A stretch of DNA of 32,000 nt from Candidatus Saccharimonadota bacterium (GTDB lineage Bacteria > Patescibacteriota > Saccharimonadia > Saccharimonadales > UBA4665), in contig CP065016.1 in the NCBI GenBank assembly GCA_016700375.1, forward strand, positions 270,001-302,000. Reading direction: 5' to 3'. Under the pieces are notes generated by a model that searched no databases, was not told the DNA's origin, and saw nothing but the letters and a program-made list of their open reading frames with translations. The translations under genes and the position numbers were made by a program. This document shows positions 9,184 through 17,884 of this stretch, one piece after another; within the stretch, counting starts at the first letter, position 1; each line of letters opens with the position of its first letter.

Positions 9184-10719
9184 TTACGCTTCGAATCCTT
9201 TCGCGGCGGCAGCGGCAATCTTGGCTAGCAGCTTACCGGTGGCACTATCTGCTTCAACCTTTTCATCACCAGTGTTCAGCGCATCCATCTCTTTGCCGTG
9301 TTCTTTGGCGAGCTTGGCAAGCAACGCAGCCTGAGCATCTTTGATTTTCTCGCGGGGAACGCGGTCAAAATGGCCTTCGTTCACGGCAAAAATAGAGGCA
9401 ACTTGCTCCCAAATGCTGAGCGGGCTGTACTGCGGTTGCTTGAGCAGCTCGGTGAGGCGCTGCCCGCGCTCAATTTGCTTTTTGGTTGCCTCGTCAAGGT
9501 CACTACCAAACTGAGCAAAGGCGGCAAGTTCGCGGAACTGGCTAAGCCCGAGCTTTAGGCCACCAGCAACAGATTTCATTGTCTTGGTTTGGGCGGCACC
9601 ACCCACGCGCGACACCGAAAGACCAGCTGAAATCGCTGGGCGAATACCCTGATAGAATAGGTCTGTTTCCATGAAAATCTGACCGTCCGTAATGGAAATA
9701 ACGTTTGTCGGTATGTATGCTGAAATGTCGCCAGCCTGCGTTTCAATAATGGGCAGGGCAGTAAGACTACCAGCCCCAAGCTCGTCACTGAGCTTTGCAG
9801 AACGCTCGAGCAGGCGAGAGTGCAGGTAGAAAACATCGCCCGGGAAGGCTTCGCGCCCTGGTGGACGGCGGAGCAAAAGCGACATTTGGCGGTACGCGAC
9901 CGCGTGCTTCGTAAGGTCATCGTAAATAATGAGCGCGTGCTTGCTGTTGTCGCGGAACCATTCACCCATAGCAGTACCAGCATATGGCGCGAGGTACAGC
10001 AGAGAAGCTGGGTCACTTGGGCCGGTAGCAACGACAATCGTCTGGTCCATCACGCCCTCTTGCTTCAGTCGCTCTACCAAACGAGCAACCTTAGAAAGTT
10101 TTTGACCGACCGCAACATATATATTCACCACGCCGGTCTTCTGCTTTGCCTGGTTAATCATGGTGTCAAGCGCAATGGCTGTTTTACCAGTTTGGCGGTC
10201 ACCAATGATAAGTTCGCGCTGGCCGCGGCCAATTGGGAACATTGAGTCTATGGACATGATGCCCGTCATGAGTGGTTCATGAACGCCTTTTCGCCCCATA
10301 ACACCTATGGCTCGTTGTTCTACGAGGCCAGTTTCTTTGGTTTTTATGGCCGGGCCGCCATCGAGCGGCTGACCAAGCGGGTTAACAACACGGCCCAAAA
10401 GCTCTGGCCCGACAGGCACTTCCAGCACGACACCCTTAAGCTTCACCGCATCACCGGCGACGACATAGCGGTCCTCGCCGAGCAGTACCGCACCAATTTC
10501 ATCTTCCATGAGGTTGAGGGCAAATGCCTCCACTACACCATGGGTCGTCTGGATTTCGAGCACTTCAGCATAACCAGCGCTACGCAGGCCATGTACCCAA
10601 GCCACACCGTCACCCACGCGGGTAACAACACCGGTTGACTCCATATTTTCACCATTGTCGAGCTGCGCGATGGCGTCGCGAAGCCCTTTTGATAATTCGC
10701 TGACTGCAATATCTGGCAT
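9184..10719 (-). CDS. atpA: F1 ATP synthase alpha subunit
   Basis: Walker A GDRQTGKT and alpha-type sequence throughout. I moved the start to ATG 10719 ([11 protein letters not shown]), which follows AAAGGA and the atpH stop. The tracked 10764 start would overlap atpH by 26 nt. Confidence 0.95.
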   Translation of the reverse strand: MPDIAVSELSKGLRDAIAQLDNGENMESTGVVTRVGDGVAWVHGLRSAGYAEVLEIQTTHGVVEAFALNLMEDEIGAVLLGEDRYVVAGDAVKLKGVVLEVPVGPELLGRVVNPLGQPLDGGPAIKTKETGLVEQRAIGVMGRKGVHEPLMTGIMSIDSMFPIGRGQRELIIGDRQTGKTAIALDTMINQAKQKTGVVNIYVAVGQKLSKVARLVERLKQEGVMDQTIVVATGPSDPASLLYLAPYAGTAMGEWFRDNSKHALIIYDDLTKHAVAYRQMSLLLRRPPGREAFPGDVFYLHSRLLERSAKLSDELGAGSLTALPIIETQAGDISAYIPTNVISITDGQIFMETDLFYQGIRPAISAGLSVSRVGGAAQTKTMKSVAGGLKLGLSQFRELAAFAQFGSDLDEATKKQIERGQRLTELLKQPQYSPLSIWEQVASIFAVNEGHFDRVPREKIKDAQAALLAKLAKEHGKEMDALNTGDEKVEADSATGKLLAKIAAAAAKGFEA

Positions 10720-10738
10720 AACGATTACTAAGTCCTTT

Positions 10739-11122
10739 CTATACTTTCGCGGCGCGAAGGCCATTTAGTTTATGTGCAAGCGTCGCATCATACGAAGCAT
10801 CAGCTGTCTGCAAACGAATACCACCCAATACGCTTGGGTCCACCACCTCACGCAAGTACACGTCGCGCATACCCACTTGGGCGGCAACAGCCTGACGCAA
10901 TTCGTCGTCGAGCGGGCGGGCAGAGGTAACCGTGACAACCGCCGTGCCTTGTTCGTACAGGGCGTCTTCTATGGCGCGCGCTACCAGTGCGGCTTCCCGT
11001 ACTCGACGCGTCTCGACCAAATAGGCAGCCACTTCTTGCATAACTTGTTCGGGTACCAAACCCGAGCGGACGCGTTCAGCCACGTACTGTGCAATCTTGC
11101 GCCGGCTGAGTTTGCCCTGCAT
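10739..11122 (-). CDS. atpH: F1 ATP synthase delta (OSCP) subunit, short form (127 aa)
   Basis: Operon position is between b and alpha. The C-terminal [29 protein letters not shown] matches the delta/OSCP signature. It is about 50 aa shorter than typical bacterial delta subunits. Confidence 0.75.
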   Translation of the reverse strand: MQGKLSRRKIAQYVAERVRSGLVPEQVMQEVAAYLVETRRVREAALVARAIEDALYEQGTAVVTVTSARPLDDELRQAVAAQVGMRDVYLREVVDPSVLGGIRLQTADASYDATLAHKLNGLRAAKV

Positions 11123-11123
11123 A

Positions 11124-11687
11124 TTAGGCTTCCACCTCTTTTATAGACTGGGTGATAAGCTGTTTGTCGACACCGGCGTTGACTGTTTTTCCAACAACTT
11201 TTTCCGTGGCTTGAGCGACTAGCTCAATGGTTTCATTGTGCAGTGCCTTTTTGGCGGCAATCACATCTTTTTCAATGGACTCGTGGGCTGCCGCCACGAT
11301 TCGCTCGGCCTGTACTTTCGACTTTTCTTCAGTTTTAGCGAGCAAACCAGCCGCCTCTTCTTTGGCTGTTGCGACGATGTCGGTGGCCTCACTGCGAGCT
11401 TGCTTCAGCAACTTGGCAAGTTTTTCTTCAGTTTCGGCCGCTTGTTTTGCTGCATCGGCTGCCGCTGCATTACTTTCGTCTATACGAGCCTGCCGGTCAT
11501 CGACCGCCTTCATGAGCACCGGGAAAACGTACTTACTGAGCAGCCAGACCAAAATCGCAAAGGCGATAATCTGGAAAACAAGCAGTTTCATGTCTATCCC
11601 AAGCGCCTTTACCGGGTCGGTCGCTTCGGCTGCTTCACTCGCAAATTGTGTAAATAAATATGTCACGTAAATTCCTATTGTTAGCAA
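11124..11687 (-). CDS. atpF: Fo ATP synthase b subunit
   Basis: A single N-terminal TM segment (LGIDMKLLVFQIIAFAILVWLLSKYV) is followed by a long Ala/Glu/Lys-rich helix. The tracked start is TTG at 11687; GTG at 11666 is an alternative. Confidence 0.8.
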   Translation of the reverse strand: MLTIGIYVTYLFTQFASEAAEATDPVKALGIDMKLLVFQIIAFAILVWLLSKYVFPVLMKAVDDRQARIDESNAAAADAAKQAAETEEKLAKLLKQARSEATDIVATAKEEAAGLLAKTEEKSKVQAERIVAAAHESIEKDVIAAKKALHNETIELVAQATEKVVGKTVNAGVDKQLITQSIKEVEA

Positions 11688-11693
11688 TGTCTA

Positions 11694-11903
11694 TTAACCC
11701 TTCGCGAGGAAGCCGACTATGATACCGATGATAGCCAGTGAGTCAGCGAAGACAATAGCGGTAATCATGAGGGTTCGTAGTTCACCAATCTTTTCTGGGT
11801 TGCGGCCTGCAGCACCAAGGGCGCCCTTACCTATGAGACCAACGCCCATAGCAGCACCGAGTGCCGGTAGTGCGTAAGCGAGTGCGAAAGCGATATTTTC
11901 CAT
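11694..11903 (-). CDS. atpE: Fo ATP synthase c subunit
   Basis: 69-aa helical hairpin with an RNPE loop. The ion-binding carboxylate is Asp (AIVFADSLAIIG). AAGGAG is upstream. Confidence 0.92.
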   Translation of the reverse strand: MENIAFALAYALPALGAAMGVGLIGKGALGAAGRNPEKIGELRTLMITAIVFADSLAIIGIIVGFLAKG

Positions 11904-11959
11904 TTGTTATAACTCCTTATTTAACTTGGTTAGTACTATTTACAGGGGTGTGTTTTACC

Positions 11960-12784
11960 TCATTTGGCCGCAGCTACCTCCGTGGTATGAGCAGATTCAT
12001 GAGCAGATTCATGTGAGCCACCATGGCTCGCGGTCGCTAGGCTGGCAAAAATAAGCGTCAATACATAAAACACGTAAGCCTGAATGAAGCCAATAAACAG
12101 CTCAAACGCCATGAAAAACGGCAGCACAGCCGAAGCTGCATAAGAGGCAAGCCCGGCCACAATGGCTAGCAGGGCAGCGCCAGCAAAGGCGTTGCCGAAA
12201 AGTCGAAGACTCAGCGCAATCAAGCGCGAAAATTCACCAATGAGTTCGAGGAAGCCTTCGAACGCCCCAATCGGGTTTTTGAGCGGACTAATAATATAGC
12301 GCTTCGCATTGCCGAAAAACCCATGCTGTTTAATAGCGTAGTACTGTACCGCCGTCATGCTGGTTATAGCGAGAGCAATCGTAAAATTGAGGTCGGTCGG
12401 CAGGGAACGAAGTAGCTCGCCGCCGTGCCAGCTTACCGAATGACCAACTCCCGGCAAGATATCTGCCCAGTAACTAATGAGTACGGTGAAAAAGATGGTC
12501 AGTGCCAGCGGAGCAATGCTGCGTGCCATGGTGCGGTCGGGTACTATGTCGTATACGGCTTTGTACATGCCTTCGAACGCCCACTGCACAAGGCCAACAA
12601 ACCTATTCGTACGACCTTGCTTTACCATAGAAGCCGTGTAGAAAAATATTGCCAGCAGCACGGCTACGCTAAATCCGCCCAGCAGCATTGCGTTGGTAAT
12701 AGGCAGCGGGCCAATATGGAAAATTGCCTCGGTGGGTAATACAATATTAAGCTTTTCGCTCGCAAAAAAATGAGGTGATATCAT
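11960..12784 (-). CDS. atpB: Fo ATP synthase a subunit with His-rich C-terminal tail
   Basis: 274-aa polytopic protein with the conserved Arg motif LSLRLFGNAFAG. The C-terminus is ASHGGSHESAHESAHTTEVAAAK. Confidence 0.9.
   Translation of the reverse strand: MISPHFFASEKLNIVLPTEAIFHIGPLPITNAMLLGGFSVAVLLAIFFYTASMVKQGRTNRFVGLVQWAFEGMYKAVYDIVPDRTMARSIAPLALTIFFTVLISYWADILPGVGHSVSWHGGELLRSLPTDLNFTIALAITSMTAVQYYAIKQHGFFGNAKRYIISPLKNPIGAFEGFLELIGEFSRLIALSLRLFGNAFAGAALLAIVAGLASYAASAVLPFFMAFELFIGFIQAYVFYVLTLIFASLATASHGGSHESAHESAHTTEVAAAK
11987..12010. repeat. perfect 12-nt tandem duplication (atgagcagattc x2) inside the atpB 3' end
   Basis: 11987-11998 equals 11999-12010, followed by the diverged copy atgtgagc. 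It encodes the repeated ESAH units of the a-subunit tail. Confidence 0.85.
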
Positions 12785-13212
12785 TTCGATTCACCTCGTA
12801 TTTCTTCTATTGGTCGTACCATTTGGCGGCGAATGAGAAGTGCGGCCAGCAGCGCCCCAACGGCTACGCCCACGAGCATAAGCCATGGCTTCGTGCCAAA
12901 CCGTAGGTCGTAGTGACGCCCAACAAGTAGCAAACCGATAGTTGGCACAAACATCCGCCATGTAGTATCGGCCATATCGAGTAGCACTGCAGAGGCAGCA
13001 CTCTTAGAGCGCGCCGTATGAGACCCAGGCGTGGTAGCCATACCCAGCGCTCTCGACTTTTTGGAATTTTCAGTTGACTCCAGATTTGTTCTGGTTGCAG
13101 CGACAACACCCAGTTGTAGTGGGCTACTACTAGGGGATGACGATGCGGCCAGAGCAGGCCTGGGTCGGCTGAAAAACCGGAAAGCCGGGAGTGTTGGGTA
13201 TGAATCCGCCAT
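12781..13212 (-). CDS. AtpI/AtpZ-like small membrane protein with low-complexity N-terminal extension
   Basis: The C-terminal 60 aa hold two TM helices separated by GRHYDLRFGTKPW, as in AtpZ/AtpI proteins. The stop overlaps the atpB start (ATGA). ATG 13212 lies 11 nt downstream of an extended -10 box. An internal ATG at 13041 would give an 86-aa form. Confidence 0.5.
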   Translation of the reverse strand: MADSYPTLPAFRFFSRPRPALAASSSPSSSPLQLGVVAATRTNLESTENSKKSRALGMATTPGSHTARSKSAASAVLLDMADTTWRMFVPTIGLLLVGRHYDLRFGTKPWLMLVGVAVGALLAALLIRRQMVRPIEEIRGESK

Positions 13213-13223
13213 TACGTTTCTAG

Positions 13224-13232
13224 ATTGTAACA
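13224..13232 (-). promoter_or_regulatory. extended -10 box TGTTACAAT, candidate atp operon promoter
   Basis: The minus strand reads TGtTACAAT with TTTACG 17 nt upstream. The ATG at 13212 follows after 11 nt, implying a leader of only a few nt. Confidence 0.45.
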
Positions 13233-13293
13233 GAGGGTACGGGCAACGTAAAGAGTTCCCGTGGTTTTTTTGTAATATTTCTCACAGACATAC

Positions 13294-13323
13294 TTGGCGA
13301 ATAGGCATTTCGTGCGGTAGAAT
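13294..13323 (+). promoter_or_regulatory. candidate guaB promoter TTGGCG-18-TAGAAT, 5 nt from ATG (leaderless)
   Basis: TTGGCG is at 13294-13299, TAGAAT at 13318-13323 and the ATG at 13329. No SD. Confidence 0.45.
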
Positions 13324-13328
13324 GAGAC

Positions 13329-14459
13329 ATGGAACAATTTACTCTTTCACTCACATTCAATGACGTACTACTTCGCCCAGGCTACTCGGGCTTTGACCGA
13401 GCAGACATAAACCTACAAACAAAACTGACTCGTAAACTGGCGCTTAGAGCGCCATTTGTGTCCGCGCCCATGGACACGGTTACCGAAGCTCGGCTGGCAA
13501 TCGCCCTCGCGGAAACTGGCGGTGTCGGTATCATCCACCGCAACCTGACCGTTGAGCAACAGGCCGCGGAAGTAAAAGCCGTCAAAGATGCTGGGCAGCT
13601 TGTTGGCGCGGCCGTTGGCAGCAGCGCTGGCTACGAATCACGCGTCGAAGCGCTGGTCGCGGCAGGAGTAGACTTCATTCTCGTCGACTCAGCTCATGGC
13701 TACGCGAAGAAAGTAATTGAAACAGTTACATTTATCAAAAAGAATTATAGCGTTGAAGTTATGGCGGGCAATATCGCCACAGCCGACGGCGCCAAAGCGC
13801 TCATAGACGCTGGCGCGGACAGCTTGCGTGTTGGTATGGGTCCAGGGGCGATTTGTTCTACGCGAGTTGTCTCCGGCATGGGTGTGCCTCAGCTTTCAGC
13901 GCTGCTCGAAATCAAACCCGTTGCCCACAAAGCCGGCGTGCCGGTGGTCGCTGACGGCGGACTCATCAACTCTGGTGACGCACTGAAGGCACTGGCTGCC
14001 GGCGCCAGCACGGTGATGATGGGCCGCATGTTTGCCGCGACAGAGGAGTCACCCGGTGAAGTGACTCGTTTCAAAGCCGACCAAGTACCCTCGCGTTTTC
14101 GCAGCATCCTCGACGGTTCAGACGAATACGTTTTCAAGTCGTACCGTGGCATGGGCAGCATTGGCGCCATGAAAAAGGGCCTAGAAATAAGCAGTGAGGA
14201 CGAATTCCACGGCAAAAACTACACCGGAGACGTGCTGGTGGCCGAAGGCGTCGAAGGGCTCGTGCCGTCATCTGGCACTGTCAAGCAACTTATAGATATG
14301 TGGATGGGCGGTATGTTTAGCGGGATGTACTACGTCGGCGCAAAAAACATAGAAGAGCTATGGGAAAAGGCCGCATTTATCCAAATTACCCAGGCCAGCC
14401 TGACCGAGAGCCACCCGCACGACCTGTTTATTACCAACGACGGAGGCAACTACCAATGA
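13329..14459 (+). CDS. guaB: IMP dehydrogenase lacking the CBS (Bateman) subdomain
   Basis: 376 aa. Motifs: [26 protein letters not shown], catalytic loop [11 protein letters not shown], flap [10 protein letters not shown]...VAEGVEG. Where the ~110-aa CBS pair normally sits there is only [13 protein letters not shown]. Confidence 0.9.
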   Translation: MEQFTLSLTFNDVLLRPGYSGFDRADINLQTKLTRKLALRAPFVSAPMDTVTEARLAIALAETGGVGIIHRNLTVEQQAAEVKAVKDAGQLVGAAVGSSAGYESRVEALVAAGVDFILVDSAHGYAKKVIETVTFIKKNYSVEVMAGNIATADGAKALIDAGADSLRVGMGPGAICSTRVVSGMGVPQLSALLEIKPVAHKAGVPVVADGGLINSGDALKALAAGASTVMMGRMFAATEESPGEVTRFKADQVPSRFRSILDGSDEYVFKSYRGMGSIGAMKKGLEISSEDEFHGKNYTGDVLVAEGVEGLVPSSGTVKQLIDMWMGGMFSGMYYVGAKNIEELWEKAAFIQITQASLTESHPHDLFITNDGGNYQ

Positions 14460-14463
14460 GTAG

Positions 14464-14595
14464 AAAAATTCCAATTTCCAAATTCCAAAAGGCAAACATA
14501 TCACAATATTCAAATTCCAAGCAATCTCCGTTGAAAGATTGGAAATTGGATTTTAGAAATTGTTTGAAATTTGCTACTTGCTATTTGGAATTTCG
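14464..14595. repeat. guaB-guaA intergenic nested inverted repeats built from TTCCAA(A/T) / (A/T)TTGGAA units
   Basis: aaaattccaatttccaa (14465-14481) pairs with ttggaaattggatttt (14539-14554), with one bulge. aaattccaa (14480-14488 and 14512-14520) can pair with ttggaattt (14585-14593), giving alternative pairings. Confidence 0.65.
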
Positions 14596-14613
14596 AACGA
14601 ACGGATACGTGCA

Positions 14614-16155
14614 ATGAACGCGCCTACTTCTCAGGAAACCCTGGTTATCCTCGACTACGGTTCACAATACACCCAGCTCATCGCTCGAAAAGCGCGCGAA
14701 CTTGGTGTCTACAGTATCATCTTGCCATTTCGCGCCAGCCTAAAAGAAATAGCAGCGCAGAACCCGCAGGGAATCGTCCTTTCGGGCGGGCCAAACTCTG
14801 TTTACGAAAAGGATGCTCCTGCGCTTAATGCCGATTTGTTTGAGCTGCAAGTACCAATCCTTGGCATTTGCTACGGCATGCAGCTGCTAGCGCTTAACCT
14901 CGGCGGCAAAGTTGAGCCAGGTACTACACGCGAATATGGCAATGCCTCTATATCACTCTCGAGCAAAAGCTCCCTTATAGACGAAAAGGCAGATAATTCG
15001 GTCGTTTGGATGAGTCACGGCGACCACGTGGCCAAAGCCCCAGAAGGGTTTACCGTCACCGCCATGAGCGGTGGCATTATATGCGCCATGGAAGACCGCG
15101 AGCTTGGCTTGTTTGGGCTACAGTTTCACCCCGAAGTCGCTCACAGCGTAGAAGGCAAAAATATTCTGGGACGGTTCTTCGACCTCTGTGGATTTCACCG
15201 CGATTGGTCGGCAGGCTCGCTCATAGACGATGCCGTTGCCCGCATCCGCGAAACTGTGGGGGACGCCAATGTCGTTTGTGCGCTCTCCGGCGGGGTAGAC
15301 AGTTCTGTAGCTGCCACATTGGTAGACAAAGCCATCGGCACACAGCAAACCTGCATCTTCGTCGACACCGGTTTACTGCGTGCCAATGAATACGAAGAAG
15401 TACTGGCCGCCTATAAGTCGGTAGGGCTGAATGTTAAACCCATTCGCGCTAGCAAAGACTTTTACGCCAAACTAAAAGATGTTGAGGACCCCGAGACAAA
15501 GCGCAAAGTCATTGGCGCCGAGTTCATAGCCATTTTTGAACGCGAAGCTCGGAAAGTACAGGGCACAAAGTTTTTGGTGCAGGGCACACTGTACCCAGAC
15601 GTGATTGAAAGCGTTTCCGTAAACGGCCCCAGTGTAACCATAAAATCCCACCACAATGTGGGCGGCCTGCCCGAAAAAATGAAGTTGAAGCTCATAGAAC
15701 CACTGCGCAAACTTTTTAAAGACGAGGTTCGTGAGTTGGGTGCCGCACTCGGGTTGCCCGAAAAAATGGTGCAGCGCCAGCCATTCCCAGGACCCGGTCT
15801 TGCCATACGCATTATTGGCTCCGTCACACCAGAGCGCATAGACATACTGCAAAAAGCCGATGCCATTGTGCGCGAGGAAATAGAGAACCACCCCGTCCGC
15901 CCAGAAGTATGGCAGTTTTTCGCGGTATTGTTGCCTATAAAGAGCGTTGGGGTGATGGGCGATGGCCGCACCTACGAACAAGTCTGCGCCGTCCGCGCCG
16001 TGAGCAGCAGCGACGGTATGACAGCAGACTGGGCTAAGTTGCCGCATGAACTACTAGCCAAAATTTCCAGCCGTATCGTCAGCGAAGTACACGGCATAAA
16101 CCGCGTCGTCTACGACATAACCAGCAAACCCCCCGGCACCATCGAGTGGGAATGA
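14614..16155 (+). CDS. guaA: GMP synthase (glutamine-hydrolysing)
   Basis: GATase domain (ILDYGSQYTQLIARKAREL, GICYGMQ, HPE), ATP-PPase SGGVDSSV motif and C-terminal PPGTIEWE. I moved the start to ATG 14614 (MNAPTSQETLVILDYG); the tracked 14560 start lies inside the repeat region. Confidence 0.96.
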   Translation: MNAPTSQETLVILDYGSQYTQLIARKARELGVYSIILPFRASLKEIAAQNPQGIVLSGGPNSVYEKDAPALNADLFELQVPILGICYGMQLLALNLGGKVEPGTTREYGNASISLSSKSSLIDEKADNSVVWMSHGDHVAKAPEGFTVTAMSGGIICAMEDRELGLFGLQFHPEVAHSVEGKNILGRFFDLCGFHRDWSAGSLIDDAVARIRETVGDANVVCALSGGVDSSVAATLVDKAIGTQQTCIFVDTGLLRANEYEEVLAAYKSVGLNVKPIRASKDFYAKLKDVEDPETKRKVIGAEFIAIFEREARKVQGTKFLVQGTLYPDVIESVSVNGPSVTIKSHHNVGGLPEKMKLKLIEPLRKLFKDEVRELGAALGLPEKMVQRQPFPGPGLAIRIIGSVTPERIDILQKADAIVREEIENHPVRPEVWQFFAVLLPIKSVGVMGDGRTYEQVCAVRAVSSSDGMTADWAKLPHELLAKISSRIVSEVHGINRVVYDITSKPPGTIEWE

Positions 16156-16170
16156 TACCGGCTATATGAC

Positions 16171-16593
16171 CTAGAGACTTCCGTTATTAGCGATTGCTAC
16201 AAATTCTTCAAGTGTGACAATACGAACGGTGTCTTCGTAAGCAATGTACTTTTCCAATCCGCCGCCAGTATAAAAATCACGTAGCTTCCACCCCGCACCA
16301 CCCAGGACCAAATATGCCTTTGTCGCTTTGTTAGCTGCGTCCTCTACTGCAGCCATTAAGCAGACAACTTCGAAAGGAACCTTTTGCTCGGCAGTACCGG
16401 AGGTTTGTTGCCATTTCAGCGAAACAATAATTTCTTCTTCACCCTTACGCACTACCACATCAGCCATATGCCTGCCGCCACCGAGTCTTTGACCGACGTT
16501 TACTTGTGCAGCATAGGTGTATCCGCCCCTTGTGAGCGAGGGCAAAATCATACTTTCAAGTACTCCACCTGTTCTCGTGTCTCTCGGTACCAT
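16171..16593 (-). CDS. putative type II restriction endonuclease (small PD-(D/E)XK-like)
   Basis: 140-aa ORF, 13 nt downstream of the methyltransferase on the same strand, with its own GGAG SD. Candidate catalytic pattern: D45...S58-L-K60...E69/E75 (ADVVVRKGEEEIIVSLKWQQTSGTAEQK). The call rests mainly on context. Confidence 0.5.
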   Translation of the reverse strand: MVPRDTRTGGVLESMILPSLTRGGYTYAAQVNVGQRLGGGRHMADVVVRKGEEEIIVSLKWQQTSGTAEQKVPFEVVCLMAAVEDAANKATKAYLVLGGAGWKLRDFYTGGGLEKYIAYEDTVRIVTLEEFVAIANNGSL

Positions 16594-16606
16594 AATGATT
16601 TCTCCG

Positions 16607-17527
16607 TTACGTTATAGATAGATCTTTATACCTTTTCGCCGAAAGATCAAGGTACGATGCGTCCTTATCGATACCGATAAATTTTCTACCATACATAGCA
16701 GCAGCAATACCAGTTGTACTACTGCCGGTAAATGGATCGAGCACAACATCACCAGCTTTCGTACTGGCTAGCACTACTCTACGCAGCAGGTCGAGTGGTT
16801 TTTGTGTCGGGTGTTTACCATGCACTTTCTCAGAAGGTTTTGGTGTCGGTAGTGACCACACCGATCGCATTTGAAGTCCTGGCTTTTTCATTGCGTCTTC
16901 TGGCCACGCGCCCTCCTTCATAAGCTTATATTCAAAGTGATGTTTTGCATTTTTTTCCTTGCGTGCCCAAATGAGCGTCTCGTGGCTTGCCGTGAAATAT
17001 CTACCGCTTAAGTTCGGCGAACCATTTGGCTTAAACCAGGTAATATCATTTAAGATATGAAACTTCTCGACTTGCACAGCAAAACCGCACGAGTAAATTG
17101 AGTGGTAAGTACCACTTATCCATAATGTTCCTTCAGGCTTCAAGACTCTTCGACACGCACGAATCCACTCCATATGGAATTCAAAATCTTTTTTAAGGCC
17201 CTGACTTACATCCCAATCACCTTTATGAACATTGACTCTTTTACCTGCATGTACCGTAAATCCCCCGTTAGAAAGGTTGTAAGGCGGGTCGGCAAAAATC
17301 ATATCCACAGAGTTCTCTGGCAGTTGCTTCAAAATACTGAGACAATCTGCATTATAAAGGACAAAATTTTTTGACTGAAAGTACGGTGTCTTTTTGATTT
17401 CTCCCAATAGCGTATTTGAATGCTTAGGATTTGACGTTGGTAATATATGCTGCCGCACTGAACCACGAGAAACACCGCCTGAATCAGTACTTAGTGTGTG
17501 TTCTCTGTCTAATACCCCCTCGTGCAT
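16607..17527 (-). CDS. beta-class N6-adenine/N4-cytosine DNA methyltransferase
   Basis: Motif IV IFADPPYNL precedes HPTQKP and motif I VLDPFTGSSTTGIAA, the beta-class order. 306 aa. Confidence 0.9.
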   Translation of the reverse strand: MHEGVLDREHTLSTDSGGVSRGSVRQHILPTSNPKHSNTLLGEIKKTPYFQSKNFVLYNADCLSILKQLPENSVDMIFADPPYNLSNGGFTVHAGKRVNVHKGDWDVSQGLKKDFEFHMEWIRACRRVLKPEGTLWISGTYHSIYSCGFAVQVEKFHILNDITWFKPNGSPNLSGRYFTASHETLIWARKEKNAKHHFEYKLMKEGAWPEDAMKKPGLQMRSVWSLPTPKPSEKVHGKHPTQKPLDLLRRVVLASTKAGDVVLDPFTGSSTTGIAAAMYGRKFIGIDKDASYLDLSAKRYKDLSIT

Positions 17528-17534
17528 ACATACT

Positions 17535-17543
17535 ATATTAACA
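17535..17543 (-). promoter_or_regulatory. extended -10 box TGTTAATAT, 7 nt upstream of the methyltransferase ATG
   Basis: The minus strand reads TGtTAATAT, then agtatgt, then ATG (17527). No SD. Confidence 0.4.
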
Positions 17544-17598
17544 CTCTTCCAAGCTAACCAACCGCTTTTTGAGCATAGTAACCAGTGTAGCTCTCAGC

Positions 17599-17790
17599 TT
17601 ACCGGCGGCTTGAGGAAAAACCGACCAGGGCGATGATGATGGTTGCGGCGGCGGCGAGAACTATCAGGGTTTCTATGGAATCCTCCGGACGTATCACGGC
17701 CAACACGGCGGTACCGAGCCAGATTACCGCAATGACCCCGGCCGTGTAGGGGTAGCGAAGCTGTATAACCCACTCTTTCAAATCACTCAT
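17599..17790 (-). CDS. hypothetical two-helix membrane protein (63 aa)
   Basis: Two hydrophobic segments (AGVIAVIWLGTAVLAVI and LIVLAAAATIIIALVGF). AAGGAG lies 8 nt upstream of the ATG. Confidence 0.5.
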   Translation of the reverse strand: MSDLKEWVIQLRYPYTAGVIAVIWLGTAVLAVIRPEDSIETLIVLAAAATIIIALVGFSSSRR

Positions 17791-17811
17791 CGTGAATACT
17801 CCTTGGGTACT

Positions 17812-17872
17812 GTCATTCCGACCTCCGAGTCGGAATCCATAGCGCTAGATTCCGGGTCAAGCCCGGAATGAC
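17812..17872. repeat. 61-nt compound palindromic element (two 8-bp hairpins plus a competing outer stem)
   Basis: Hairpin 1: attccgac/ctccga/gtcggaat (17815-17836). Hairpin 2: attccggg/tcaag/cccggaat (17849-17869). A central tagcgcta palindrome lies between them. The outer gtcattcc (17812-17819) can pair with ggaatgac (17865-17872), which excludes the local hairpins. Confidence 0.75.
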
Positions 17873-17884
17873 AAAAAACGATAT

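Noticed and set aside
10720-10764. Longer atpA start at 10764
   Set aside because: It would overlap atpH by 26 nt and add a non-conserved basic N-terminus. ATG 10719 has an AAAGGA SD and gives the typical alpha N-terminus.
14560-14613. Longer guaA start at 14560 (TTG)
   Set aside because: The extension lies within the TTGGAA repeat spacer and adds a hydrophobic, non-conserved peptide. ATG 14614 gives the canonical GATase N-terminus.
16156-16162. TACCGGC direct repeat flanking the R-M cassette, considered as a target-site duplication
   Set aside because: A 7-mer recurring within a few tens of nt of both junctions has a chance probability of a few percent, and there are no terminal inverted repeats or a mobility gene. 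It is mentioned only as a weak lead.
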